Positions 1 through 14,200 of a stretch of 64,000 nt of DNA are shown here, piece after piece. The stretch spans positions 372,001-436,000 of the forward strand of contig JAYWIR010000047.1 of NCBI GenBank assembly GCA_036172245.1, given 5' to 3'. The notes under the pieces were generated by a model. The model worked only from the letters and a program-made list of their open reading frames with translations. It was not told where the DNA came from and made no database searches. Numbering within the stretch: the stretch's first letter is position 1; every line of letters begins with the position of its first letter. Source of the DNA: Raillietiella orientalis. Taxonomy: Eukaryota. A program made the position numbers and the translations under genes.

Positions 1-1050
1 GAAGGGGTCTGCCTTCCTGGTGTCTCTCTTGAAAGGCAAAGGGCGCGCATTCGAAGGAACGATAGAAACCCCGGAACATCCCTTCGTGGCCGGCTATCCA
101 GACAAGAGGCATCCCGGTCCAGGGCAGAGCTTCCCTGTGTCCAGGGAAGCTCTGCCCTGGACCTGCAAAGGTTGCCCATCACAGGCAGCCTTTGCAGGTT
201 TTCATAGGAATGGGAAGGACTCTCGTTGCTCCCGACTGCCTCCTTGTGCCCCTCTTCCGTGTATCTTGCAACGTCGGAGGGAAGACGGTCGTCGGAAGAG
301 GCGAGGCACCCATGAGATGGCGCAGCCCTTCTTTCTCTTCTTTCACCTGTTCCCCCTCCACGAGGCTCTCCCATGAATCTCCGCCGCATCGTAAACTTGG
401 ATGCTGGGAAAGGGGGATGAGCGAAGGCTGGGCGCGAGCCGAGGAGGCCGGTGCTCGGAGGCCGCTCCATCCCGCGCGCCATCTTGTTCCCCCTCCGGTC
501 GTGCAACGGAGAGCGGACCCCCATCACCGGGGGACCACTTCCGCTTTCAAGATGGAGCAGGAGCCTTCACGGGCATCTCTCCAGTTGTTCAAAGGAGCGG
601 ACCCTCCCCTTTGCGGGGGGGACCCTCTGAGTCGTCGCCTCTTCTCAGAGTGCAAGGAAGCAAGCGAGAGCGATTCCCTGCGGGAAGCTGCAGCGCCCCT
701 TCTGAGTTTCGGAAACATCCCTTCGGGGTTTCCTTCAGAGGAGTGAACAGGAGCGGTTCTCTTGCGGCTTCCCTCCGGAGAAGAAATTCCTACAAGCGGA
801 TCCTTTCCGGGTTCCCTTCGGAGAAGTTGAAACGGAGAGGATCACCCCCCTCCCAGGGAGTGTCCCTCCGGAGAGAATGAGGAAGGTTATTCCCTTCGGG
901 GTTCCCCTTCGGAGACAACCAGGGTGGAAGGTGCGATCCCCCCGTCCGGGGGGAATCCCTCCCCAAGCATGAGAGGAACGGACTCCAAGCCCTTCCTGGA
1001 TTCATAGGTCGCACCTCCATCCCGGGGTGCTTCCTATCCTGAAGAATTAC
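1..1050 (+). mobile_element. Degenerate Penelope-like retroelement (RT/thumb) relic
   Basis: Bases ~715-1050 align by eye to the reverse complement of ~50650-50940. Translations give PLE-like remnants in the expected order: GKTVVGRGEAPMR..SP (motif B'), SAFKMEQE (FTME), LSGFPSEKLKR (NGYP-like). Frameshifted, no intact YxDD. Confidence 0.5.
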
Positions 1051-4000
1051 ACAGCCCCCTGCGGGTTGCCGTGGGCGAAGGGGCGTGGGAACAAAACAGT
1101 GTGTTTAATGTTTAAAAAGAGCCACGTGCGCCGCGAGGCACGCGACCGGCTCTGAGGTACTTAGCGAACCAAAAAAAAGAAAACTCTTGAAAAAAAAAAA
1201 GCTGGAGGGAAAACAGCAAAGACAGAAGAAAAAGAAGAACCCAAGGATTTCCATCGTCGATGCCTACACAACCGAACCCAGGCGCCGCTGGTGCTGCAGC
1301 GCCGTCTCTCCCCCGGAAGAGAAGCGGCCGTCACTCACCGGCAGGAAGGAGATCCTTCCGCATCTTGGGGACGGCGAGACTCCCAGGGGATCCGGCGGAG
1401 CCACCACCGGCTTGTCCAGAGAGGCTGGCTGCATGCAATGGCGCAGCCCTCCACGGGCGCCAGCTGGCCGACGGCAGGCAGTAGAGTAAGAGGAATGCTA
1501 CCGTGGACCGGGAGCCTCCCTGGAAGAACCAGCGGTCTTGCTCCCCCCCCCCAATCGTGTGCTGCCAGCTCCTTTCTCTCCTTCAGCTGGCAGCACGCCC
1601 CCTCGCTCCGGGTCTCCCCGCCCACTCCGGGCGCGAGGGATGCGGAATCGATCCCTTGTCTGCTGCCGGAGGGGGGGGGGATTCGCGGCGCTCTTCGGTA
1701 AGGGCGAAAGCATCACCAGAAGCTCTCTCTTGGGCTCGCGGAAGAACTCCCCCCTTTCTCTTCCTTCCCCAGTCAACTGCGGAGGAGATAGCACTTCTTC
1801 GCGCGCGCGGAAGACGAACTGCCTCCTGCCTCGACAGCTGCATCGAAGAGTCCCGCAGCTGCTGCGGCGCTCTCGAAGCTGAGAATGCGAGGCGTACTGA
1901 GGAGGGCAGGGCGACGGTCCAGTTGAAAGGAGGAGCGTAGGAACGGTGTCCTTGTCGGGTCGAGGAAGACATGATGGATGATGGATGACCTCTGTCCTCC
2001 CTCTCTAAGACAGCCCCCTCCACTCCGGGTCGGAGCTCTTCTTGTTTCCCCCTCCACGCCCGCCGAAAGGGTCTTCGCTCACAGTCGACCTGAAAGTCGT
2101 GACCTGAGGGACAACGTCGTCGTCATCGCCGGCATCCTCTCCCTCTTCTTCTTTTCTGCCTCCTCCTCAATGCCATCACCATCATGACCATCGGGCCCCC
2201 TCACGTCCTTAACCCCTTCCCCCCTCTTTCCAGACTCCTCTCACGGGATGGCGCCACTTCCCATCACCCGAAAACTGCGTCGGGTGATAGTTGCTGTCCG
2301 GGAAGTCCCTAGCGGCTGCCAAGGGGTCTCACGATAGAGGTAGGAGGAGAGGGAGGAGCCATTGGCTGCTCTATCTCGTTCCCCCTCCCCTCCTCCCCTC
2401 GGGTCAGATTAGTCGGTCCATCACCCTCGGCGGCAGCTCTCGCTAACGCCGGCACGCAAGGCGCCACAAAGGGCAGGGGAAGAGAGAAGGCGAGCCGATA
2501 GCTTCCCCCCGGAGGTCGATCCGGAGGGTCTCCGGAGGTCCTCCCCTCCTCTTCTCTGACCTCGCCGCCCCCCGTGGCTGCCGCCGACATGCGCACTCGC
2601 GCGCTCGGTCGTGTCCCCGTGGGAAGGAGGGAGCGAGTGGACTTCACCCCAGTCACTCTCTTCCTGTCTCTCGGTCGTTTCACGAGCTTGCCAATGGCGC
2701 GAGCTGACCATCACCCTCCCCCTTTCCCTTCCCTTCTTTCTTCCGACACGGACGGACGAGCGAAAGTCGGCGGATTCCCCCTCCCCCTCTCTCTCCCTGC
2801 AGAAGGGGAGGGGGAGAATGGCTCGAAGCGCGCTCGCACGAAGGCGGGGGAGGGGTATATGGGAGGCTGGCCGTGGAGAGCGAAGCTCTGTAGCTCCATT
2901 TGCTTTCCAAGAACAGCAGCAGCAGATCGGATGCTGGGAGCAGTGATGAATCGCATCTCTCCCAGAAGGGAGGGAGGTGCAGAAGGGTCCCCGAAAGAGA
3001 GGAAGAGGGAATGAGTGAGTGAGAATGTGGGGAACGGTGTCTCCCGCCGCGTTCATCCCCCCTCCCCCTCATAAAAAAAAAAAGGGAAGAAAGAAAGAAA
3101 AAGAAGCGGTGGCGGCGGCGGCGCCCCGTGAAGAATGTGAGAATCCGCTACGGGTCGGGCAGCAGGTGAACGCCGCCGCTGCCGCCGTTGCCGTGGCAGC
3201 TGAACAGATCGGCGTTCCGCGCCATCTCCGTCCGGCGAGCGGCGAAGGCGGCATGAGAAAGCGTCACGTGGCCCGCCACCCCTTGGCCCTCCTCCCGGAG
3301 TCGGCAACGGCAGCCGTGCCACCTCCCGAAGATCGGGACGGATGAGGACGGCCTCTCCCGGCGGGGGAAGGAGGGGCAGGCGGTAGGGAGAACTAGGCGA
3401 AGAGGAGTGAAGAGGAGATGGACGGGGGAGAAGAAAGAAGGGGAAGGGGGCTGGAACGCCCGGGGGGTCATCCGGCCGACGAGTGGGCGAGCGCCGCAGT
3501 GGACGTTGAGCGGTGAGGAGCACCGAGAGCAGAGGGGCCAACCGCGCCACCCTTGCCGCGCTTGCTAAGGTAAACGGCTCACGATTCCGAAACGCCCCTC
3601 TTCCCCCTCCCCACCCCACTGTCCCTCTCGCAGGGTCGGGAGGAAGCGCGCGATCTCTGCCGCCACCCTTTACCTCAATGGGGATCCCCACGTTTCCATC
3701 AAGGAGAAGCACACCCTCTACCCCCCCCTTTCCCCTCCCCGGCGACCGAGGTGACTACTCTGCGGCAGAGCGGCGGCAGCGCCGGAGGTGCTCCTCGCAA
3801 CCGCGGGACGGCGGAGGCACCTGAGCGCGCATCTGCCGGAAGGAGTTGCTGCGGCAACCGTTGCGGTCAGCACATCCTCCCCCTCCTTGACCCGACGGCA
3901 AACCTCCCCCGCGGGCTTTTGGACGGCGACGTTTCCGGGAGGTAGTGAGTGGATGAAGTGTCTACAGGGGGAGAAGGAGGAGAAGGAGACTGTCAGGTCG

Positions 4001-6599
4001 GATGCTCAGTCCCGGAGGGACTGACCCCTAAAAGCACACTTGGGGGCGGTGCCCAGCTGCCCAAGATCGGGGAGGGGAAACGCGCCCAGAAGCATCGTCG
4101 CAGAAGCGGCGCCTCCTCAAGGCACCCTGCTGGCGCCCAGGGCCTAAAGGGTCCCAGGTCAAGAGGGCTTCCTGCGGATCCTTCGATCCTCTCTTCCTCC
4201 CCCCTCTCCGGAAGGGGCTCCAGGAAGAAACGAGGGAAGACCTTGCCGCGCTTAAAGCGCTCCCCAGCGGGGGAGGCGCGTCCTCCGCGAGGGCCCCCTG
4301 GCGACGCCGCGGGCGACGCGTGCGCGTGCCTCTCGAGCGTGACATCATTAGGCGGCAGGTGGAAGGGAGTCTGCGGACGCCGCATGGCACGCGGCGACCG
4401 GAGGGGCCGCCGGGATCTGCTTTCACGCTCGAGTGGCCCCGGAGGGGCCGTCAGCCTTCACGTGGCGCCTCCGGACTTTGTTCTGGAGAGCCAGACCTGG
4501 GGGCCGGGTCGGAACGGGTGCTCACGCGCGGCTAACGCTGCCTCGGCCCCTCCGGAAGAGGGGCCTGCAGGTTGCTTGTCGCCGGGCACGCACGGTGCGA
4601 AAAACCTGCCGTGAGTGCTCCGACCCTTCCGCCCGTGTCCGCGCGGGCAGAGCTCAGGAAGAGCCAGCCCATCCCCTGGGAGGCGACCCGAAGAAGTGAG
4701 TGCTTTCCATCCACTCCCCCGTCCACGTGGATCTCCCTTCTCGGGTCCTCCTCCTTCCCAGCTCTTCGCAGGGAAGAAGAGATGAAAGGGGACCGGGAAA
4801 AAAGGAGATTGACTCCGTGCACCCCGTCACGGCGCCTTCGGCCCCGCTCTTTCGAGGCTCCTCCGAAGGGGATGCGGGTGGCGAGGGAGGTTTTCTTCCC
4901 CTCCCCCCTTCCTTCTCCCCACTCTCTTGTCGTGCGCTACCGCAGCCAGACGTTCCCCGATATCCGGCGTCCCTCCCCCCCTTCTCCTCCCCTTGCCTCT
5001 CCTTTCAGGAAGGGGCATCCTCTTCGAGACTCCTCGCTCTCCCTCCGTCCACTAGCGGGAGCGCACGCGGACCAGTCGCGCCGCCGTGTCCTCCTTCACT
5101 GGGTGTCGGGGTGAGTGGGGATAAGGGGGTTGGGGTTGGGAGGAAGGAAAACAGCGTAGAGGGGGAAGTGGAGGTGCAGAGGGGAGGAGGTCTTCCTCCC
5201 CGCTTCTTCCTCCTCTGCGCAAGGGTCGCCCCTTCGCGCTCCTCGGCCGCGGCGAGAGCGCGCGCGTTCCCTTCCCTCCCTCCCTTCCGAAGGAAGGGAA
5301 AGGAGGAGGAGGAGGGGGAGGTGGAAAAAACGCACACACGAAAGTAAAAAAAAGAAAAAACTTCCCTCCTCCCTCACCTTTCCTCTCTCTCTCGCTCTCC
5401 CGCTCTCACCGGGAAGGATGTTTTTTCCCTCTCCTCCTGTTTGGCCACCTCTCCCTTATGGGATTATTGACACGGATGCAGATGATGCGCTCTCCCGGAG
5501 ATGCGCGATCCACGTGCGAAGATCACCGCCATGATTGATGCTCCTGTTTTTCCTCCCGCGGCCGCGCCCTCAGCGGCAAACACCGAGCGCGTGCGCTCCC
5601 CGCCGTCAGCAGGGAACATCCGGCCCTTCGGACGGCGCGCCGCCTTCCAGTGGCCGCCGCAAGGCGGCGACGCCCGCGCTGCGCTAAGAGACCTGCGGGA
5701 GGACCCTTTCGGAAGGCATTCCGGGAGAGGAGGGAGGGAAGAGCTCCTCCCTCCACCCCCTTCCTTAGCCGCGCAGGATTCACCTCCCGGTCCCTGTCCC
5801 CTGTCGGCACGCCTCATCTGCGACGCAAGGGAGATGCGGCGGCGCCACTCCCGGTACGCAGGAGGGGGGAGGGGACAGCTGCTCGGCATCCGGCGGCTCT
5901 CCACCCATCCCCCTCTTCCTTTCCCTCCCTCCTAGGGAGACCAGCATTCCTCCCCCCCCGACCCCGGTTGCGAAACCGCGCGCGACAGCTGCGCCCGTAT
6001 GCCGCCTCCGCCGGCCCTCTTCCCCTCCCCCTCCCTCCGCGCACGCGCGTGCGCATCCGCCCTTCCGGGTCCCGCCGGCGCAGCATCCGGAAGCCACGTG
6101 ACGGAGCGACCCATCCCCGAGGGCGGGCCGCAGCCGCAGCACTCCGCGCGAGGCCACCAGCGGATGGGATAGGGCCCGAGACAGACACCCTCCCGGGAAC
6201 CATGCGTGCGTGCGTCCGGCGGGACCTCTCGCGGCCGCCGCACGAGCGAGGCCATGCAAGCAGGGTTGCGGCGCAACCAGAGGAACCCTGGAGTCGCCAC
6301 GGGCGACCGGTGCCCATCACATGGCGCGTCGCTGCTTCACGCAACGCGCTCGGAGTAGTGCCCTCTGCGCGGCCGGCCCTCTCGATGTCGACTCGCCCGT
6401 GGGGGAGGGGAGGAGGAGGCGCAGCTTCCACACTTCCCCCCTCTGCCCCCGAGGTGAGTCGACCGAGAAATTCCGCTCACTCAAGAGACCTCCTCCGCCA
6501 CCATCCCGCAGTGTCGAAGGAACTGAGGTGCCCCGCGTGACCGGGAAGACAGAAGGAAGGTCATCTCCGCCGCAGGCCGAGGGCCGAGGGGTGAGCACC

Positions 6600-9000
6600 A
6601 CCCGAGTCGCAGCCTCAGCTTGGTTTCCACGCGGAGGTTGGGAAGGAAGGACACACCCCTTACCCTTGCGGTCGCGACCCAGGGTAGTGCGTCCGCGGGC
6701 ACGGTCATGACCTGCAGCTTGGAGCCGCCGCGCGTCCGGTGCCGGAGAGGGAGCCTCCCCGCGGATCCCGCGCGGAGGAGAGAACAGAAGGGATCAAAGG
6801 GAGAAGCCAGGATTCCATTCCCTCGGGCGCCAGGATCCGGAAGAAAAGCCAGCAAGCGGCCCTCCCGGAACAGGTGGCTCCAGGACAGCGCATCCTTCGG
6901 ATCGGGTCGACCTCCGAAGGCGAGGTTCCAGGGCTTTCCCCTCCTAAACGAGAGGGGAGCGGACAGGGCCCTTCCTCTTTGGTTTCTGGAGGGCATCCCG
7001 AGAGCAGTCCCCAAGTCACTTGACCTCAGAAGTGCCCAGAGGACCACGCAGACTACTCTTTCCCTCCCCCCCCCCCTCCTTCCTCCGAGGAGCGGGCCTC
7101 ATCCTTGAAGGAGGTCTCCGCACCTGGAAGGCAAAAGGAAGAAATGCCGCCTGGATGGGGTTCCTGCAGCGGGTGTCGCCGGCATCACGGGATTGGTCTG
7201 CAGGGATTTCTGCGGATCCGGAAGGGTGGATCCTGCGCGCTCAGGCGACCTCCGATCCCGTGTTCGCCCCTCGTGACGTCACGGAGTACGCGGAGAATTC
7301 CCCATGGCGGCGAGCCGCTGGCTCGGAGCCAGCGGGTCTGGAACCCAAGGAGACTCGCTCCTGTGCTCGCGCGAAGGACGGGGATGGCGCGCGGGGCCAC
7401 CGGTTGCGAGGGAGGGAGCGAAGGCGGACGAATCAGCTCGCGAGTGTGCGGTCAGCGAGCGTTTCGGAGGTGCCATCAATCGCCTTCAGGTCACGCGGTC
7501 CGCGCAGCATCCGCGAAGCTCCCCACTCCCCTCCTGGTCAGAGTTCAGCGGTCCCCTCCATCCCGGGCGCAACCCCTCCCCCCTCCGCCCCGCCCGCCCA
7601 TCCGCAGCCTCCACTAGCCGTGGCTCCGGCGAGACGACCAATCAGTGCGGCGCGGCGCCTCGCGTCGGCGGCGCGCTGCAGACTCGACTGCCGCCGCCGT
7701 CCCGATGCAGCAGCCCGCAACTACCGCTTCTCGCTTTTCCTCTGCCGTTGCCAGGGGATACACCGATCTCTCTCCCGCGCCCGCTCACACGATTCGCGGC
7801 GTGCCTGCAAGCATCCCTTCCATTTGATGGAGATGCCTGGCGAAAACACACAGAGAGTCCGCACGCTGACACGCACTCGGGTAAACACGCACACACGAGG
7901 AGGGAGACACACGCACTGGCACACACGGCAGGGGACACATGCAGGGACTCGCACACACAGGCAGGGGACACGTGGACCGGCACACACAGGCAGGGGACAC
8001 GTGGACCGACACATGTGCTGGAGACATGCGGTTGTACACGTGTAGAGCTATCTGAGCTCTGACACGCACTCGGGTAGACACGCACGCACGTGGAGGGGAC
8101 ACACGCACTCGCTCACACGTAGGGACACGTGGACCGGCACACACATGCAGGGGGCACACGTAGACCGGCACACGCACAGGGAACCCATACACCTGCACGC
8201 ATGCTCGAGACATGCGGTGGTACACATGCAGAACGATCCGCGCGCTGACACGCACTCGGGTAAACACGCACACACGGGGAGGTTGACACGCAGCGACGCG
8301 CACCCAGGCGCGCACACACGGAGACCCCTATTTCCAGAAACGCGCAGATACACGGTGGAATCACACAGGTGTACACTCGCAGTGAGCGGGCACACACCGC
8401 GGCACGCGAGAACACACTTGCGGGCCAGCTGCAGACGGTGGTCCCCGGGAGGATGCGTCCGAAACGCCCCCGACTGGGGCCGCGAGATGCCGTGGTCCCC
8501 CCCAGGAAGGCATCTGCTCCTTCGCCCAGCGTGGACCACCGCGGAAGGTCTCTTGCCCTGGGCGTCTTCCCGGAAACTTCCAGGGAAGGCGACTTCCTGC
8601 GCCGCCACGATTCCTTCCTCGACGCGCCGATCTCCCCCTCCCGTTGTGATCCTTCCGCTCCCCTGCTCCGGCGTCATGAGTCCCCGGACGCTCCCTTCAT
8701 GCGGAATTCGCTTCCTGCTGCCTTGCCCGAGCAAAGTCTTCCCGGGACCGGAAGGGCGGCTGTTCTTCCAGAAACTCTCTCCCTTACCTCCCTCCAGAAG
8801 GAGGAAGAAGGACCGAGAAAGGGGAGTATCTGGAAGCACGGAAGCGACGACGGGAAGGAGAGAGGCGAAGAGAACCTGGTCGCTGTGGCGACGGGAGGGG
8901 TTCACGACCGAGAGGGGGCACTGCTGTCCGGTTCCTGGCAACAGGATCGCGAGTGGTCTCCAAGAAGGAGGGCCTTTCCTATGACCTGACCGGCGCACCG
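6600..9000 (-). mobile_element. Highly decayed non-LTR (L1/Tx1-like) ORF2 3' half, interrupted by a tandem repeat
   Basis: Minus-strand remnants CPLSVVNPSRR..VLFASLL and GSRKRIP..LMTPEQGSG (post-RT region, ~8950-8650), then WNLAFGGRPDPKDALSWSHLFREGRL and a DPFC-like Cys remnant (~6930-6780). Collinear with the better-preserved LINE at 44-45.8 kb. Weak. Confidence 0.33.
7866..8290. repeat. Complex tandem repeat, ~190-bp unit, ~2.2 copies, with nested ~29-bp CA-rich subrepeats
   Basis: CTGACACGCACTCGGGTA recurs at 7866, 8059 and 8245. The subunit GGGACACGTGGACCG(G/A)CACA is repeated internally, and GAGACATGCGGT occurs once per unit. Confidence 0.88.
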
Positions 9001-11111
9001 GAGTCGCTTTCCAGGAAACGGGGTCGCTCCGCCGCAAGCGCGGATCCGTCAGCAGAAGGGGGGGGGGGTGTCAGGGCAGTGCACTGGAGGCCTCGTCGAT
9101 CCCCTCCTGCAGCCTCCCCTTCCCCCAGCAGGCCAGTCCCGTCCCTTGAGGGTGTGGCGCATTGAGCCCTGCCCGCGGCACCTCCCGAAAAGCTCACGGG
9201 GACGTCTTCCAGGAGACGCTCCCGAAGTTCCCATGGCCAAGGACCAGACCAATGCCCCTTGCCCTCCTCCTCCCGCTTCCCGAGGGTCCGTGCATTGGGA
9301 CCCCGATCGGCGCCGGTCCCTCTGTTTCCCGCGAAGGATGCGCAACCGCCGCTCCTCCTCCTGGGGTGTTGGTACGGGCGAGGCGGCAGCTCCTCCCTCC
9401 GCGGCGGGAGAGGGAAAGTTCTTCCCACCCTTCCCCCGGGGAGTGGACCGGGTTCCGCGGGAGAGACACGAGGGGGGTGGTGGTGGGGTGGACGTGACGT
9501 CGGCAGGAGCGGCAAGAAGAGCAGTGCGCGGAGGAGGCAGAACGACGGCGGCGGCGGCGGCGGCGGCCGGATGAGGACGAGCAGAGCAGCGGCAGGGGGG
9601 GAGGGGGGCTGGAGTCGGGAGGGGGAGAGGTGGAAGCCTCCGTCTCCCGCAGGTGGCACAGCGGCCAGTGAAGGTACGCGCGCCTCCGCCTCCTCTTCGT
9701 CAGCGCAAGGTCAGCGAAATAGCGGAAAGGAAGAAACGGTCAGGAAGAGGGGGAGGAGGGGGGAGCCGCCGCCGTTCGCCGCGCTTCCCTTGAACATCTG
9801 CGGGCGACGGGAGGAGAGGCGGCAAAGAAAGAAGGGAGCAGCGGGACCCGGCGAAGAGGGGAGGAGGAGGGGGAGGGAGAAGTTCAGCCAGCCGCCGCGC
9901 CGCGCTCCTCGCCTCGGCCTTCCCCCACCTGCCCGCCCCAGGGCACGCGAGGCCACGTGCCCGCTTAAACGTCGCGCGCGCGGTGGCAGCGAGGGGCTCT
10001 CCCGCTCCCCTCCCCCCCCCCCTCTTCCCCTCCCGAATCGGCGACCCTCGATTACCGCAATTAAAGCGAGGGTCCGGACGGGTGTCCGCTGACCATACGT
10101 CGCCCGTGCCCTCGGGGTGCTCCGCTCGGGGAGCACACACGCCTCCGCCCCGTGGTCGAACCTTCCAGCGGTGGCTGCCTGGGGACACCCGTCCCCACCC
10201 CAACTTGCACCCCCGAGCCAGCGCGGCGTTCGGACCGCAGCGGCGGCGGAGGTGCGCTCGGAGAGGGAGGTGCGCCTCTCTTGGAGAGGGAGGGAGGAGG
10301 GGACCAACGCCTCAGGCGGGAGGGAAAACGCTCCTGATCTCCCCCCCCCCTCCTCCTCCCTCCTCCTCCTCCCCCTTCTCCTCCTCCTCTTTCATTCCTC
10401 CTGCACGTGCGCTTCTGCTTTCCATGGAGGCGTCAGGTGTTGCCGACGCCCGCCGACGCCATGGAAACCGTTGACTCGCCGGCACGGACGCTGCCTCCTG
10501 ACTCTCTTCAGACTGCCCGCTTCCCGCGCACTCTCTCCTTCCCTCGTCCACCCCCCCCCCCCCTCCCCCTCCCGTGAGCCGGCCGCCTTCGATGCCACCT
10601 GCCTGGAGGCGGGGAGGGAAGAGAGGACCGAGAAGACGTCAGAGCCCTGCGGCGATGTCTACCTTGTGCGGATCGAAGTCTTTCGACGGCGGCAGGAGCA
10701 GGAGAAGGGGATGAGGGGAGGAGCATTCCTTTGGCGCGGGGAGATGCTGTCTAGGTGTCCGGAGGCGGAGGGAAAGGGATAGGGGGAGAAAGTGGAGGAG
10801 GAATAACTCCGCCTGAGGGCCGGGTCCGCTCTACCAGGGGAAGAAGGGTGGCAAAAAGACCTCCGATATCGAGGGGTGAGAGCAACGGGAAGGGACAGCC
10901 TCACCCACGTGTGTGGGTTTTTTTCTCCCCTCCTTCACCTGAAGAGCGACCAGGGGAACGCTGCCCGAACTCCCCCCCTTTTTTCGAGAATCCATCCTTC
11001 CCAAAGGCCTCTACCTCCACCCCTCGCCCTTACCCGTTGCCTTCGCCGCCGCCGACCGCCGTTTTCCGCCGGAAACCCTCGGAACCTCTATAGCGCACGC
11101 GTGCTCTGCCA

Positions 11112-11204
11112 CCGCCCAATCAGAGGCGGGACTCCCAATCGCGGCTGCTACTCGGGATACTTCTATTGGCTGGCATGTACGCGCGTACCTCCCCGCGGGC
11201 CAAT
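11112..11204. promoter_or_regulatory. Candidate CCAAT/GC-box promoter cluster
   Basis: CCGCCC 11112, CCAAT 11116, GGCGGG 11125, CCAAT 11135, ATTGG 11165 and CCAAT 11200, followed by a consensus donor CAG|GTGAGT at 11451/11452. Confidence 0.33.
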
Positions 11205-14200
11205 GGCGGCGGGTTTTGGCGACAGGGCTTCTCCCGTCCCCGTAGGACGGCTGCTCCCGCGCGCGTCACGGCGACCGGGTCGCCGCAGCGGCGACGGCGG
11301 CGCTGCGCGCGCGCGCGCTCGGCGAAGCCCGGCAAACGCGTGCGCTCCCGGCGACGAGGAGGAAGGCTGGTCCAGCAGATGAGAGCGTCCCCGCCAGGCG
11401 GCCCGCCGCGCGGACCCACGCGCGCGTGCTGAGGATCCCCCCCAAAAGCAGGTGAGTGCGGCGGGAAGAGAAGGGGGATCGCAGGAGCTCGGGGAAGGGT
11501 GGGGGGTGGGGGGAGGACCACTTCCTCTTCCCCCTCCTTTCCTCGCTGGCGCAGAGGGTTCGACTCGTTCGCAGCAGCGGAAGAGACGTCCCGCCCGGTC
11601 CGACCCCACGGGCACCGGAATCTGCAGGTAGGCGGAGAGGCGTTAACACCGCGCTCCCTGGTGCGTCCGACCCGCTGGTCCGGGTGAGCCAGAGCAGCCG
11701 CGGAGGCAGGAGGGATCTGCACTCACCCACCTTCCCCCACCCTGAGGACCCCGGCCCCTTTCCCACGGCGCTTCCCGGATGGAGGGTCCCGGGTCCCTTC
11801 GCTCGCTCCGGGAGGACGCAGCAGCGCCCGCCTGAAGCTCCCCTCCCCGACGCGACGCTGGCATCCTGAAGGAGGCACGCAGCCTCCCTACCCTGTCCCT
11901 CCTCTCCCTTTGACCGTGACCTCGCCCGAGGGTTTTTTTTTTGTTTTCATTTCTTCTCTCTCGCCCGTTCCTGGCTCTCGTGGCCAGGAGCGGCCCCGCG
12001 GCGTCTCGAGATGAGGCACGTCTGCTTCCTCGCAAAGGGGGGATGTGGATGCCCCTTGACCGCCTCGGGCGCCTCCCTCTCTCCCGTCGGGCATCTCCGC
12101 TCCAGATGGGGCAGCCGCTGGACGGCTTTCGGGCAGGCGCACCCGCTCAGGGAGTCCGGAGGCGGCAGCCCTCGAGAGGCCCCTCCCTCTCCGCCTCTGA
12201 CATCATCGTGTCTGTCTAGTAGGGGCGCCGGAATCCGCTCCGGAGCGGGGAGACATCCTTCAGGGAGCACCCCACGCGGCGCAGGCGTTCCTTGCAGCCC
12301 TTAACCACCACGACTTCCGCCGATCCGCCTGCGCCTGCTTCGGAACGACCGCGGGGAGCGCGAGGATCGGCTGCCGCCACGGCAACGCGGCTCACGCGCT
12401 CGGCGAACGGGTTCCATGAAGTGGGCAGGCGAGGCTCATCCCTTCTTGGGCAAGCGCCCCCTCACCACGGTACAGTGCGGACTAGCCGAGCGGGGGACCC
12501 TCAGCAGCGTCCCCGGATGCTGAGGTCGCCTTTCTTCGCAGCCACCCTCGGTCGAGGTCTTCCGGAGACGGACAGACAGGAAGCGCATCTCATGCTTTCA
12601 GCTGCCCCCCCACGGGGATGTCCTCTGCGCCTTCCCCAGAGAGCGCAGCTAAACTCTTTAAGAGGCCCCCCCGTCCTCCTCTCGGACCCACCCCGCAGGC
12701 CACCGTCCCCCTCCCCTCTCTACCTCGACCCCGAGTCCGCCAATCAGTGGAGTCGGAAGGGGTGGTGGCGACGCCGGAGTACCAAGTGAGGGAACCCTGG
12801 GAACGTGAGCGGGGAACCCGCGTGGCGGGTAGTCTCCAGGGAAACCAGCTATCTCCCAAAGTCGGTTGCTCGTTTCCTGGGTGGCGGCGGCTTGTACCCT
12901 CCCCTTCCTTCCTCCCCGCCGCCTGCGCTGGCCGCGTGAATAGGGGATGGGGGTGGGGGGGCACGGCGCCGCTGCTCACCTGCTCCTCTCCATGTCCGAG
13001 TCAGCGGATGGTCGCGGCCTACGCCTTCTCCCCCGCGTGTTCGCCCCGGGAGCTTCTGGACGCTTTTCTCGATGCCAGGGAGCGTTCTCGCCCGGCAACC
13101 GCAGAACAGGAGCGCGGAGCTGCAGTGGCACCGCCTCATCCCACCGCAGATGGAGCCCTCTCCCTCCCCTGACTTTCGGTTTTCACGGGCAGGAGATCAG
13201 AGCGAACGCACCGCGGGGGCCGCCGAGGTTCACAAAGGGCTGCAGCTGTCCCTCCGAAGACGGCGGCGGCCTTGCCGGCTCCCTCCCGCCCTTGCGCGCG
13301 GCCCGGGGACTGAAGGAACCCCCCTCTCCGCTTTACGGGCGTCGCCGCCACGCGCGGAGCTCCGGGTGATCCTCTTCCCCCTTTCGACCCGGTCCGCTCT
13401 CCCACCTTCGCCACGGCCTTGACTTCCCGAGGGTCCCTCTCACGCTCCCGGTCCTCCCTTCCTGAAGGACCTGTGCTTTTAGATCCCTCACGAGTGTTGA
13501 CTCCCTCCGCCCCTTCGAAGGGCAGCACCCTGCCGTGGCCCCGGCCCTTTCGGGAACGTCCGATTCGACGGGGAGGCGATTGGAGAACAGGAAGAGCAAG
13601 GGCACTCCCCTGTTGCCCGGACGACGGTGCCATGCAGCAGTCCAAGCTGTCCAGGCTCTCAGGTTGGTCAGGCGACGGACCGCGGGCTCACGCCACTCGT
13701 CCACCACTTCCTCCTCCTCTTCGCCCTTTTTCCCGTGGGAAAGCAAACGGTCCGACTCGCACTTTCAGCGGCTCCCTTCCACTGTACGTGGGGAGTGGGA
13801 GAGGGGAGGGCGCGTCCCACTGCTTCCGCTGCCGTCCTGACCCATCCTGCGCTCTCTTCTTCTGCCCTCGCCCCTTCCCCGCCCCTACTGAGACCGAGAC
13901 CACGCCGGCCGAGGGTCGAGGGGGGAGGAGAGCTGCGTGTCGTGGTCACCCTTCGCTAGCGCTCCCTTGCCTCTTCCTGAACATCCTTGGCCGACTCGCC
14001 TCCAGGCTGCCCGACTTCTCATCGGAGTCCCGGGGCAGGAGATCAGTCGGGGCGCTGCTGAGCTCCTCGACCTCGGAAGCACCTCCAGGAGGTCCACAGG
14101 CAAAAGTGAGGGCGGAGCTCCCTTCGCAGACCACACCAGGCAGACCGCTGCTCGGTCCTTAGTGAACCGGACCTCCGGGAATACCTCCGGGGATACCTCC

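Noticed and set aside
7866..8290. Regularly spaced repeats as a CRISPR-like array
   Set aside because: The sequences between repeats are themselves homologous, the context is eukaryotic, and no cas genes are present.
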